Shown in pieces: positions 13,797-25,079 of a stretch of DNA of 62,901 bases. The stretch's first letter is position 1, and the number at the start of each line of letters is the position of its first letter. The stretch comes from Octopus sinensis (taxonomy: Eukaryota), in NCBI RefSeq assembly GCF_006345805.1, contig NW_021833089.1, positions 1 to 62,901 on the forward strand, in the 5' to 3' direction. The notes under the pieces were generated by a model. The model was not told the DNA's origin and did not search any database. It saw nothing but the letters and a program-made list of their open reading frames with translations. Both the position numbers and the translations under genes were made by a program.

Positions 13797-14570
13797 GTGC
13801 GGCCTGGCAGTGTCATAAAGAAAGACAATGCCCTAACCGTTAGCAAACACTGGACACTTCTGGTGGATAGCTGTGTTTAGCTTGCCCAGCTATTGACAGT
13901 TTATGTTCGAATTGATGACCTTGTTAGTGAGAAGAAGCTCATAAAAGACAACACCCTTCTAATCCTACCAGATTGGAAGAATAACCTTCTTCGAGTGAAG
14001 TCTTGCTTTGGAGGTTATTTGTGATGGTTCATCATGCTTCCCCTATGATCGTTTGTGTTCCACATTGTTATAGACGATCCATTTTCTGTGTCCTGATATT
14101 GTTTTCTTCAAAATGGATAGTTTTCTTCACGTTTCTGCAACGAATCGCAGATGGAAATCCGTTGGGGGAGGTTACTCTCATTCAATTGATATGGGACCCA
14201 AACACTGAATCTGCTGACATAACGAAGCTGATGCAGATGGTTTTCAACACGCCATTTGGTTAGTTGGAGAATATATGCGATCATCCTAGTCGTATAACGG
14301 GGGTTGGTGTCGACTCACTCCTTCATTTTGTTGTTAATCTCAGTTGGCTGGCCTGAGCAAGGTGCATCTTGAACCGAAAAATTTCCCGATCGAAATCTTG
14401 AAAACCACTTCTGGCACACAAGTTTCGTAGCAGCATTCTCTCCGTATACAACGCATATCTACCAGCAGCATTCCGCTGCTTTCTTACCATTTTTGAAATA
14501 AAAAATGTATCACACATCGATAATGCTCGTTTTTAGGGTGATCACAAGCACGCAAAATACAAGCTGCCTC
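13797..14570 (-). mobile_element. Degenerate mariner (DD34D-type) transposase
   Basis: ENEHYRCVIHFYFKNGKKAAE..ICVVYGE...CQKWFSRFRSGNF..QDAP.SGQP at the N-terminus; GIVFLYDTARPH at the second catalytic D; truncated. Confidence 0.85.
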
Positions 14571-14671
14571 ATCACAAGTTCGTGTTGAACAACGTTGAAG
14601 TGTCAAGTATCAAACGAGTGCGGATGCATAAGAAACAAGTTACACACACACACACACACACACACAGAGAC

Positions 14672-14708
<37 letters not shown>

Positions 14709-14809
14709 TGCATATCGTTAGTAAATCATAAATCCAAAAGAGAAGCACACTAAGTTATAGAGCAGTAGAGTAATTAGGTAAAAATAGCTATGGCCGGTTT
14801 ATGGGGTTA

Positions 14810-14942
14810 CCTAGGGTTTCGCGTCCATAAAGCGCTTAGCTTTACAACGTCTCTTCAGACCCTAGTGACCGGTGGCTTACTGGCCACTAGGGTCTGAAAA
14901 GACGGTGTAAAGCTAAGCGCTATATGGACATGAAACCCTGGG
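14810..14942. repeat. 133-nt near-perfect inverted repeat (64-bp arms, 5-nt loop)
   Basis: Arms 14810-14873 and 14879-14942 differ at 8 of 64 positions (3 become G-U pairs on the + strand RNA). A truncated relative lies at ~57125-57260. Confidence 0.9.
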
Positions 14943-15439
14943 TGTCTCCAAAACAGAATAATATAGTTAGATTATGTCTTTAGTTTCGTTTATTAATTAA
15001 GATTGTTTACTTCTTGAAGTAAATGAGAAAATTAATAACAACTCTCAAAGTAGAAGAGGTAACTATAACGAGACACAATAACTTTCAGAGATATTTCCTA
15101 AGACTGAACATTCAATACTACTTATATGGATCTTTTCACTATCTGATCAGATGTTTGAAACAAAATGTCATTTGAAAAGAAATTATACATATTTCGCGGT
15201 TTTTTTATAAACTTCCGACCACCTTACACTTTTCAAAATAACTGTAATTTCCAAGAATACTGCTAGTCTCTGCACATATATAGAAATTATAGACGTTGAG
15301 AAAAGCACGAAAGAGAAAGATATTTTCCTTCAAATACTGCCGAACTCAACTTCGCCTTTCTCCTTGCTGAGTCCATGAAATAAAATACCAGGAAAGTTAC
15401 AGAGTTCGATTTAGTTGACTTAGGCTTACATTTTTATTT

Positions 15440-15660
15440 AGCCCAAGAACTCATGAGGCCGGTTACCCGGTTTCTAGATCGCAATATTCCTCTGAACGAG
15501 ACACCGACCAGTTGCAGGGTTCAAGGCAAGCTATTCTGGGGGGAGGGACCGAGGAAATTACGTCGACCAGGTATTTATCTGGTACTTTATTTTATCGACT
15601 CCGAAAGGATGAAAGGCAAAGTTGACCTCGATGGGATTTGAACTTATAACATGAAAAGCC
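15440..15660 (-). mobile_element. tRNA-derived SINE fragment
   Basis: Shares the TTTATCGAC(T/C)CCGAAAGGATGAAAGGCAAAGTTGACCTCG core with the SINE at 25275-25502. Confidence 0.7.
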
Positions 15661-15979
15661 GGAAGAAATGCCAATGAATCTATTCTTGAAAGATCGAGTA
15701 ATGGTGGCGAACGCTGCATCGCCACCGTTATGCTTTGTTCCAGTTTTCGTTTGATCACATTATAATGTCTGCCATTTGCTTCTTGTCGATGCGAGGTGTT
15801 CCATTGGGCAAGCGGCCTACCACCAAAATCATCAGCTTAGAGGGTTCGAGATACTATGGTTGGTGAGGTTCAGGATGTGCCGAGGCTGCGACATTTGCGA
15901 GAGATTCCTGGATGGTGAGTGGGTTCCCTCTACATACACATCACACACAGCTTGTCCCTTTGACAGAGCTGCAGCCCCG

Positions 15980-16400
15980 AGTGAAGCAAAAACCCAAACT
16001 GGTGCTTGGTATCTGGTATATTGTCAGGTACTCAGAGCCCTTTCAAATCGAGCGATACGACCGAAGGAAGAGCGATAATATTTACAGAAAAAAACTCTAG
16101 GCATCGACGAGAATCCATTGTAGGCGTTGCTAGAAGTGCCGTTAGCTGGGCCTATCTGAGATGCGCCCAGAGAACTATGAAATCAGTCTACCCATAGTCA
16201 TCCATTGTCCGAACATTTAAGAATTTTGAATTTTTATCAAACAGCTGTACTCACATGCAGAACAGATCAGTTGTGTGAATTGCCCCTGCTACCTTCCTCT
16301 GACCAGGAAGCACGAGTGTTTTTCCTCTATCTAATGGTGAAAGATGTTCTGTGCTGGTACAACCGAAAAGACCGAGGACGACCTACTAGAAATAGTAACT
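15980..16400 (+). mobile_element. Highly decayed RTE-type endonuclease remnant
   Basis: KLVLGIWY (cf. xxIGTWNV) and LGLSEMR (cf. LGISEVR) motifs in broken frames. Confidence 0.4.
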
Positions 16401-16819
16401 AATCCTTTTGTAAAAAAATTGGAGAATACATTGAGAAATATAGTTGTAGATATACAAAAAAAAAACCGGTTGGGATGCCTTTGATCATAGGTTTGTTCGA
16501 TCGGGGATTAAACAAACAACATTTAAAAACTGATATGAAGGCCCAATATTTTAGGTACGTAAATAGGATGTTATGTTCCTGCTTTATCTAAAGACATTAC
16601 CAGGTAAAGAAAAATTAACTGGTTTCAACTGAAAATCGAAACCGGATTGCAAAATTGTCGGCTGTTTGATATTTCTCTTTGGTTAAGTGTAGAAAAAAGT
16701 GTAAAAACTTTGAGCACTATAAAAAGTTGAAAGCTTGGTTAGTTTACACAGTCTTTTACAGGCAGTGCCATATTCAGATGTAACTGTGCTGTGTTTCCAG
16801 AATATCTGCCCAGATAAAA

Positions 16820-18052
16820 ATGAATTCTAATCAAAACAGAGAAAATGTTTCTTTGTGCCTTGGAGAAGGAAATTATACGTATCGTTCACGAACTGCAAAC
16901 CATCCATGCCTGTATTCAAACGTTGTGAAATATGGGGCTACAACACATAAGGACAATGTTCAGCTGAATGAAAACGAGTCAAATCTACAATCTTCCACTG
17001 CATTTTCTAATCTATCGTTACCGCTTTTAGACGATAAACTAAACCTTGATTTACATATCACCATGGATCAATCAAGTGGCAAAATATATAATAAAATATC
17101 AGACTCTAAAACTGTTAGTCATCAACCCAGTATAACGCACAAACAAAACAAAACCAGGTTCAAATCGACTACATCTCGCGAAATTCAGGAAAGACATGCA
17201 CAATTCAATGCCTCAAGAGGAATAGTCCCTACCTATGCTGATGTTTCCAAAACTTGGATGGATCCAAGCACTTGTGCATCAACGTGGCAGTGGGCAGGGA
17301 AGCAGGAGAACGTAATTCCTTCCACTAATACTATCCTCGACGATTATGCGACTCCAAAAGGCACGACTTTCTCACTTACTAGTGATCATTCAGCGTTATC
17401 AGGAATTACACCAGTACAGCAGTTCCCACACGAACATCCAAGTATCACAGACGGAAGAAAGAAACCTCCTCTAAACGTGCGAGGTAGTATGCCGGAATCT
17501 AGGTACAGTGCAACAAAAAATCGAAACATTAATGCTGGTTATGATTTTGGGCTCTTGTCTTTCTTTCAAGACTTAGAATTAAAACGAAGTTTGCCACCGG
17601 GTAACGAGCATTTGACTGGCCTGAATTTAAACAAATTGTTACCGAATAAAAATGGAAGTCAATTGGACAAATTCAAAACCCCCTGGACACCGATTCCTGC
17701 TCAACCAAAAAACATTGATCAATATAATCCCACCGAATACATAAACAATTACAGAATAAAGGAGCAATTGCCTCCAGTAAAACTTTCAAGGTACTCCGAT
17801 GATGTATTGTTTTATCTATTTTACGTATATGTTGGAGATACGATGCAAATGGCGGCTTCGTTTGAACTCTTCAAACGAGAATGGCGTTATAACAAAATTG
17901 AAAAAATATGGATGTCCAGAATTCCTGGTGTCATTCCCGATGCCACCGGCAGTGACTGGGAACGGGGGTGTTTCTTTTACTTTAATACAAAAACTTGGCA
18001 GAAGGAAATCAAAACATTTACAATCGACGTAAGGAAGACCATTGTTATGTAA
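16820..18052 (+). CDS. CNOT2: CCR4-NOT subunit 2-like protein (NOT2/3/5 domain), intronless divergent paralog
   Basis: Intact 410-aa ORF. C-terminal FKTPW...PKNIDQYNPTEYINN.RIKEQLPPVKLSRYSDDVLFYLFY..GD.MQ.AA.FELFKREWRYNK.EKIWMSR.PG..P......ERG.F.YF...W.K..K.F aligns collinearly with CNOT2/Regena; FGLLSFF..LTGLNLN matches the NOT1-anchoring region. AATAAA near 18335. Confidence 0.9.
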   Translation: MNSNQNRENVSLCLGEGNYTYRSRTANHPCLYSNVVKYGATTHKDNVQLNENESNLQSSTAFSNLSLPLLDDKLNLDLHITMDQSSGKIYNKISDSKTVSHQPSITHKQNKTRFKSTTSREIQERHAQFNASRGIVPTYADVSKTWMDPSTCASTWQWAGKQENVIPSTNTILDDYATPKGTTFSLTSDHSALSGITPVQQFPHEHPSITDGRKKPPLNVRGSMPESRYSATKNRNINAGYDFGLLSFFQDLELKRSLPPGNEHLTGLNLNKLLPNKNGSQLDKFKTPWTPIPAQPKNIDQYNPTEYINNYRIKEQLPPVKLSRYSDDVLFYLFYVYVGDTMQMAASFELFKREWRYNKIEKIWMSRIPGVIPDATGSDWERGCFFYFNTKTWQKEIKTFTIDVRKTIVM

Positions 18053-18620
18053 TGCAGTCTTTTAACTCCGATTCCATCATTGCTCAACCGTTTTTATTTC
18101 AAATGAACACTTTATATGCCTAATTTTTCGACAAAAATTCTTCTGTTTAGATGTATCATGCATGTACGCACATTTTGTTCATTGAAGCATAGAATAAACT
18201 TATTTCACCCTATTCTGTTTATATGTATTTATCTCCTGTTCGTGTCGGAATTGAAGCCCTATGATAACATTTCTAAAACGTGGATGGAAATTAAGGGAGC
18301 AAATATGTCAAATATTTAAAATATATTATGAAGAATAAATTTGTTTTTAATTTTTGAGTGTAACTATTTTACACTCTCCTCTTTCACTGAAAAATAATTT
18401 CAAGGCAATACCTTTTTAGCCAAAATTTATAAAGTTATCTTTTATGGAATAATAAAATTAACTCCTCCAAACTGAGGTTTTTACGCTGTCATCTGCATTT
18501 ACAATGTGTAAAGAAAAAACGCATGCATTTCACCAGTCAAGATAACGTGTTCCTAACAACACTTCACTATTATATATCAACTTCAACATACTATTTCTCT
18601 GTACATTTTTTGTCATTACC

Positions 18621-20697
18621 TTACTCTGATGACTTGCACTGGATGGAATCAGCCAGGAATGCATAGTCCGGACAGTAGCTGCTGGTAGCTAGCCTAAAGC
18701 ACACTTCCAAATGATTATCAGTCCTGGTAGAACGATATTTGGACTTGATAATCTTCATTTTATCCGAGAAAAGGTTGACTCTCATAAGTGAAGCCAAACA
18801 ATGCAGTCAAGGAGGTAGCACATTTCCTCATGTCGGGGTACTTTTCCTCTGTGAGTAAGTTCCAGAACTGTCCGTGAGCCCTTGACTTCAGCTGAATGTC
18901 AGCCTGTAGTATCAAAATCTCACCCTCCACTCTAGAAGAGTTCAGATGGAGCAGTGTTACAATTTTTGATGCGAGTGAATCAACCTCGGTATCTTTCCGA
19001 AAAGGGTAGCGACTGGCTTGAGTAAAACAAAGTCTTGAAAACGTTTGTCAAACTCTGACAGACAATTGTCAATCTGCTTTGTGTAGCGTGCACTGTCAAG
19101 TTGCACACACACACACCTTCCCTTGGCTCTCTAGTTCTGATGTGAGGTTCTTTAAGTTTACCAAATCATGGCACTGCAGCTTTGAGGAGAGATGTTGCAT
19201 TTTTCGTTTGAAAGCATTAACTGAGCTGATGATATTGATCACGGTTTTATCTTTTTCTTGCAGCTCTACACTAAGGTCATTCAACATGTTGGTCAGATCG
19301 GTTAAATATGCCAAGTCTAGTAGTCACAGATTGTCATTTAGTTGGTTGTATTCTGCATGTTTAACTTCACGGAAAATCTCCTTAATCTCCGGACAGAACT
19401 CCTGAAATCATTGCAGGAATTTTCCTCGACTAAGCCATCTCACGTCAGTGTGTAGCAACAACTCAAATTGGTGACAGTCAACCTGCTCCAGATGCGCACG
19501 GAATACCCGTCTTTGAAGAGATCTGGCACGAATAGAACAAGCGATCTTCGTTGCCACATCCATTATCTCTTTCATGTTGAGCATTTTTGCGCATAACGCT
19601 CGTTGGTGTATTATACAGTGGTAATTGAGGAAGTCCGGGAAAGCATCGTACTCCCTGTACTTGGCAATAAATCCATTTGGCCGGCCAACCATCGTGGGTG
19701 CTCCGCCCGTGGTTATGGACACCAATTTGCACACTGGGAGCTGAGTTTTCTCGATAAAGTTTTTGGAAGACTGAAATATGTCCTCTCCTCGCGTATGTTC
19801 TTTCAGGGGCAGTACTGTTAACAGCTCCTCTTTTGTAGTCATATCGGTAAACACCATCCGAATAAAAATGCACAGCTGGGCCGTGTCACTCACATCTGTA
19901 GACTCGTCCAACTGCAGTGAGAAACACTCGCAGTTCGCGATGTCTTTCCAGAGTTGTTGGGTCAAATCCTCGACCATGGCTTCACTGCGCCGTATAACCG
20001 TACTTCGTGATAGTTGGAGAGCTTTGATTGAAGATAGTATTTCTGGTTTGTTTTTAAAGTCTCGGAACAACGAGTCAGCTGCTTCAATGAATGCCTCTTT
20101 TACCATCTCTCCATCTTGAAAGGATTTCTTGTTCTTAACGATGAAGTGGCTCAACTGGAATGAACTTCGGTGGCTACCTTTGCTTTTGAAGTTAGCTGTG
20201 TGAAAAATGACAACTGTCCAGACAACTGGGATTTTAGTTCCATCACTACTCTCTTTCTCAGCTCGCTTTTCGGGGGTGGGGTCAGTGCCATAGTTTTATG
20301 AAAGATCCGAAAATGCCGCACCACATTTCTCTTCTTCGGAATAGCAATGGCACACTGGCAGATGAGGCAAACGCACTTCGAATATAACATTTTGAAAAAA
20401 AAAGTCCTCCTCCCATTCTGTATGGAAGTGGTAGATTTTTGGTTTCTTACTTGGTCCAGCTCCCCCACTAACTAGCTTGCGAGAGTTTTGCAGCACTTAG
20501 CACCGTTGTATGCGCATGCGTGGTGACGCATGTTTCAGAGAAGGTCAGATGTCAGACTGGCTGCCCTGTATGCCAATCAAGTGACAAATTTCATAGCAGT
20601 GGATAGGCTGACGTCTGTTTTTTTAATGCCATGCGATCTACCCACACTGCCTTTGCGATCGATCGGTAGATCGTGATCGACGTACTGGACACCCCTG
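18621..20697 (-). mobile_element. hAT (Buster/SPIN-like, 'GTF2IRD2-like') transposon, frameshifted, one TIR retained
   Basis: BED-like CVCLIC..K..NV.RHF, FSLQLDESTD, HCIIHQ, VRWLSRG, C-terminal ES.FS..K..KSKYRS..T..HL; ends SIQCKSSE* at 18621. 5' end CAGGGGTGTCC at 20697; the other TIR was not found. Confidence 0.92.
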
Positions 20698-21394
20698 ACA
20701 TAAGTAATTCTCCGCAGGAACAAGCATAAGAATTTGCGTGGATAGTGGGGTTTTGAGTTGTATGTAATGAAGGAATTAAAAGTATTTCAAAAGCATTTAT
20801 AAAAATGAATTATTTTTATATTCACTGATATTTGTCCTACGAATGTTTCAAATCTATGACGATTTTCAATTGTTTCTAATCTTTTGATGATGACTAAAAT
20901 TCCTGTAGAAATGAGGAAATTTGCACCATGGAAAATTCTGAGTGCGTAGTGGAAGTATCATGCGGTCTAAATTTAGGTAAGACAATTTCAAATCAAATTC
21001 TGATTTCACTTTAGTGTAAAAGTAACCAAGGTAACACTAATAATAATAAAAAAAGAAGAGAAAGCATTGAAATTACGTAAGCACGCGCGCATATGTTTGC
21101 GTGCGTGCCAGTGTATGAATTTTGTCGAGGACCGGGATATAAATTCTGGATGAGCTGCCGATAGCTTTGCGCAGGCACAAACAAAAAATAAACGTCAGTC
21201 TAACGGCCTTGACGTCATCAAACAAAGGTCACTTCTGTATGAAGTCATATACCAAACATATGAAAACAGAAATATGATATAAAAACTACATATTTGGCAT
21301 TCTTGTATTAGTTAAACAATTAAATATATACAACCGATGCACAGCCACTAAAGAAATCTATTGCTACTATTCACGGGAATTAATGAATAACAAT

Positions 21395-21417
21395 AAAGTG
21401 AAAAGCAATATCAGTGA
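21395..21417 (+). promoter_or_regulatory. Putative snRNA proximal sequence element (PSE), present upstream of every array copy
   Basis: AAAGTGAAAAGCAATATCAGTGA at -73..-51. The otherwise dissimilar copy-8 promoter has AAAGCTGATAGCTAACGCCAGTGA at -75..-52, and both end TCGGT immediately before +1. Confidence 0.6.
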
Positions 21418-21467
21418 TTGTATAAGGTTGATTTTCTGTTAAGTTGACAAATGGCGTTATTTTCGGT

Positions 21468-21607
21468 AGCTTTGCGCAGAGGCGGTACCATGGCCAATGA
21501 GGTAAATCCGAGGCGTGGTTATTGCTAGTTGAAAACTATTCCCAATACCCCGCGTTGCTATCCATAATAGATAGCAAACGCAATTTTTACTCACCTCTGA
21601 GGAGGTG
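21468..21607 (+). ncRNA. U4: U4 spliceosomal snRNA, array variant, copy 1
   Basis: AGCTTTGCGCAGAGGC (U4/U6 stem II), GCCAATGAGG-TAAAT-CCGAGGC k-turn 5' stem-loop, TTGCTAGTTGAAAACT (stem I), CCCAATACCCCGC, 3' stem-loop, Sm-like AATTTTTAC, terminal CACCTC-TGAG-GAGGTG. Collinear with known metazoan U4. Confidence 0.96.
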
Positions 21608-21611
21608 CAAT

Positions 21612-21628
21612 ATCAATTAAAGAATAGA
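21612..21628 (+). terminator. Putative snRNA 3' box
   Basis: ATCAATTAAAGAATAGA 5 nt after the U4 end; copy 8 has ATCAATGTAATAATAGA (14/17 identical) at +6 in otherwise unrelated flank. Confidence 0.55.
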
Positions 21629-22449
21629 CATTAATATAGCCTTTTGGTTGGAAAACTTACTGCAGTGGTGGTCTCCTCAGAACTTAGAGTTCCGTTGATC
21701 ATTTAGTGTGTATCGTCGTCATTTTTTGGCAATGATGCATAGGAACGACAGCTACATCAAAATTTAATAACTCACTATTTCGGTAGCTAAAAGGCACTAA
21801 ATATTAAAATATAAAAGTTACAGGTATCAAAGAATAGCAACTGAGCAAAAAGTCACATAAAGGGGTGTAAATATCAATATATTTATTAACAACAATAGAG
21901 GAGCTAACGTAATTGAATTAAAATCAAATTAACATAATTGCTTTCACACAATTACTTTTGATGTTCAAACAGCAGTTTCTCATGATTTATAAACATCTAT
22001 GGGTCCAGTTTTCTTCAACAGTTTGCTAAGATGTTTATAATCATAACAATTTTCACTTCGGTAAAGTGCATGTGTGATGTTCAAACTTTCTATGCTCATC
22101 TGATTTCATAAAATTCATATTGTTGAATACTCTGGACATTTCAGGAAATTATGTGGGAAAAGGAAAAGCGAATTGGTATTAAACAGTCGAATGCGATGAT
22201 ACTACAATCCAGAAATAAACTGTTTTCTTTTTTTTTTTTTGTTTTTTTAGCTAAACATTAAAAATTGCAATTTAAAAATATAATATAATCAGAATGTTGA
22301 AAATTTATATATAAAAAATAACTGCAAGAATATTGTTATACTCTACTGCTTTATAATATCAAAATGACTGTGATAGTCATATTTTACAACTTTTATTGTT
22401 ACACTTGTTTATTCATTCAATGTCGATTTTGTTTTTTAATGAAGCAGCA

Positions 22450-22646
22450 GGGGATTTCGGCCTTTCCAACGTGGGTTGTCGAGGTGTTAAGACGTGTGAA
22501 GACGTTGCTAAGGTTGGGTGAAGCAGCTGCTATCTTTAGCGTTCGGGTCGGGGCTGTGACGAAGGATCCGTTACCACTGAAGGGTCTCTATCGGAGCGAA
22601 GAGAAGGTAGGTGCCTTTATATATCAACTATCTCGCACACACCACA
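22450..22646 (+). mobile_element. Solo LTR (5'-truncated) of the Gypsy element at 39052-43124
   Basis: 197 nt essentially identical to 39052-39248. Left junction equals that of the 5' LTR; right junction (CACCACA|GAACAAAC) equals that of the 3' LTR. Confidence 0.93.
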
Positions 22647-23601
22647 GAACAAACATAAAAGTTTGCATGGATTGCGGGTTTTGCGCTTGTTATAATGAAG
22701 GGATTAAAAGTATTTCAAAAACGTTTATAAGAATAAATTATTTTTATATTTAGTGTAATTTGTCCTACGAATATTTCAAATCTATAATGATTTTTATTGT
22801 CTCTAATATTCTGATGATGATTGAAATTCCTGGAGAAATGTGGAAATTTGTACAACAGCAAATTCTGAGTGCGTAGTTGAAATGACATGCGACCTAAATT
22901 TAGGTAAGAAAATTCCGAATTCAATTCTGATTTCACTTTGGTGGAAAAGTACTCAATGTAACATTACATTTAATACTAAAAAAAAGAAAGAGAAGGCATT
23001 GAAATCACGTGAGTGCGCATGTGTGTGTGTGTGTCCGTCCGTGTATATACGCGCATGTGGACGTATGTGCATAGGTCCGGTCGTGCATGCGTATGTATGA
23101 GTGTTTGTACCGATGAGTTTTGTCCTGGACCGGGAATTAAATTCTAGATTAGCTGCCGATGGCTTTGTGCGGGAATAAACAAAACTTACGTGGGTGATTG
23201 TGTGTGTGCGTGCATGCATGCATGCGTGTGTATGTTTGTTTGTCAGTGTATGAGTTTTATCGAGGACCGAGACACAAATTCTGGATGAGCTGTCGATAGC
23301 TTTGTGCAGGCAAAACAAAAAATAAACGTCAGTCTAACGGCCTTGACATCATCAAACAAAGGTCACTTCTGTATGAAGTCATATACCAAACATATGAAAA
23401 CAGTAATATGATATAAAAACTATATATTTGGCATTCTTGTATTAGTTAAACAATTAAATATATACAACCGATGCATAGCCACTAAAGAAATCTATTGCTA
23501 CTATTCACGGGAATTAATGAATAACAATAAAGTGAAAAGCAATATCAGTGATTGTATAGGGTTGATTTTCTGTTAAGTTGACAAATGGCGTCAGTTTCGG
23601 T

Positions 23602-23741
23602 AGCTTTGCGCAGAGGCGGTACCATGGCCAATGAGGTAAATCCGAGGCGTGGTTATTGCTAGTTGAAAACTATTCCCAATACCCCGCGTTGCTATCCATA
23701 ATAGATAGCAAACGCAATTTTTACTCACCTCTGAGGAGGTG
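23602..23741 (+). ncRNA. U4: U4 snRNA, array variant, copy 2
   Basis: Identical to copy 1. Confidence 0.96.
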
Positions 23742-25033
23742 CAATATCAATTGAAAAATAGACATTAATATAGCCTTTTGGTTGGAAAACTTACTGCAGT
23801 GGTGGTCTCCTCAGGACTTACAGTCCCGTTGATCATTTAGTGCATATCATCGTCATTTTTTGGCAATGATGCATAGGAACGACAGCTAGTTCAAAATTTA
23901 TTAACTCACTATTTCGGTAGCTAAAAGGCACTAAATATTAAAATATAAAAGTTAGGTATCAAAGAATAGCCACTGAGCAAAAAACCACATATAGGGGTGT
24001 AAATATCAATATATTTATTGAAAACAAAAGAGGAACTAACGTAATTAAATTAAAATCAAATTAACATAATTGCTTTCACACAATTTCTTTTGGTGTAACA
24101 TCAATGGATCCAATTTTCTTCAACAGTTTGCTAAGATGTTTATAATCATAACAACAATTTTCACTTCACTTCGGTAAAGTGCATGTTAGATGGTGCAATA
24201 TCAATTAAAGAATAGACATTAATATAGCCTTTTAGTCGGAAAACCTATTGCAATCGTTCTCTGTTTAAATGATTCCCTTAACTTAGAGTCCCATTGACCA
24301 TTTAGTGCGTATCGTCGTCATTTTTTGGCATGATGCATAGGAACGACTGCCAATACAAAATTTTATAACTTACTATTTCGATAGCTAAATATTAAAACAT
24401 AACAGTGATAGGTATCAAAGAATAGCAGCTAAGCAAAAAATACATAAAGGGGTATACATATCAAAATATCTGTTTAAAATAAAAAAGGAACTATCGTAAT
24501 TAAATTGAAATCGAATTAACATAATTGCTTTCACACAATTTCTGTTCCTTTTCTTTTGATGTCCAAAGAGCAGTTTCTCGTGATTTATAAACATCTATGG
24601 GCCCTGTTTTTTTTTTTGTTTTTGTTTTTTTCAACAGTTTGCTAAGACGTTTATGATCATAACGACAATTGTCACTTCGGTAATGTGCATGTGAGATGTT
24701 CAAATTTTCTTAGTGTTCAAACTTTCTATGCTCATCTGATTTCTTAAAATTCATATAGTTGAATACTCTGTCCAAGTCAGCATATTATGTGGTAAAATGC
24801 AAAGTGCTAAAGCTAATTTACACTATGTCCGAATTAACATTACATAGTTGAATGCGTTGATACTCCAATCCAGAAATAAACTGTTCTTCGGACATTTGAA
24901 TTTTCTTTTATAGCTAAACACTAAAAATTGCAATTTAAAAATGAATCAGTATGTTGAAACGGTATATATAAAAATTAACAGCAAGAATATTATTTACAAT
25001 TGATGGATATTTGTCCTCATCTTGTTTGTTGTT

Positions 25034-25079
25034 AACACAACGTTTCGGCTGATATACCCTCAAGCATTAATCTGGTGTC
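25034..25079 (-). ncRNA. Minimal hammerhead ribozyme motif in pLTR (core mutated CAGATTA)
   Basis: GACAC-CAGATTA-..AGCC-GAAAC-GTT-GTGTT; stem I GACAC/GTGTT; palindromic AACGTT stem III. Confidence 0.6.

Noticed and set aside
21145-21185. CTGGATGAG...GCAG motif as a hammerhead ribozyme
   Set aside because: The core has an extra G and there is no downstream GAAA or stem III.
21715-21750. ATTTTTTGG inside a hairpin in the U4 3' flank as the Sm site of a second snRNA or spliced-leader RNA
   Set aside because: No PSE at the proper distance, no similarity to U1/U2/U5/U7/SL RNAs, and the T-run length varies among copies.
22364-22753. 129-aa ORF, with relatives at 39041 and 42821
   Set aside because: It runs through LTR sequence; the open frame is explained by GC-richness and shows no domain signature.
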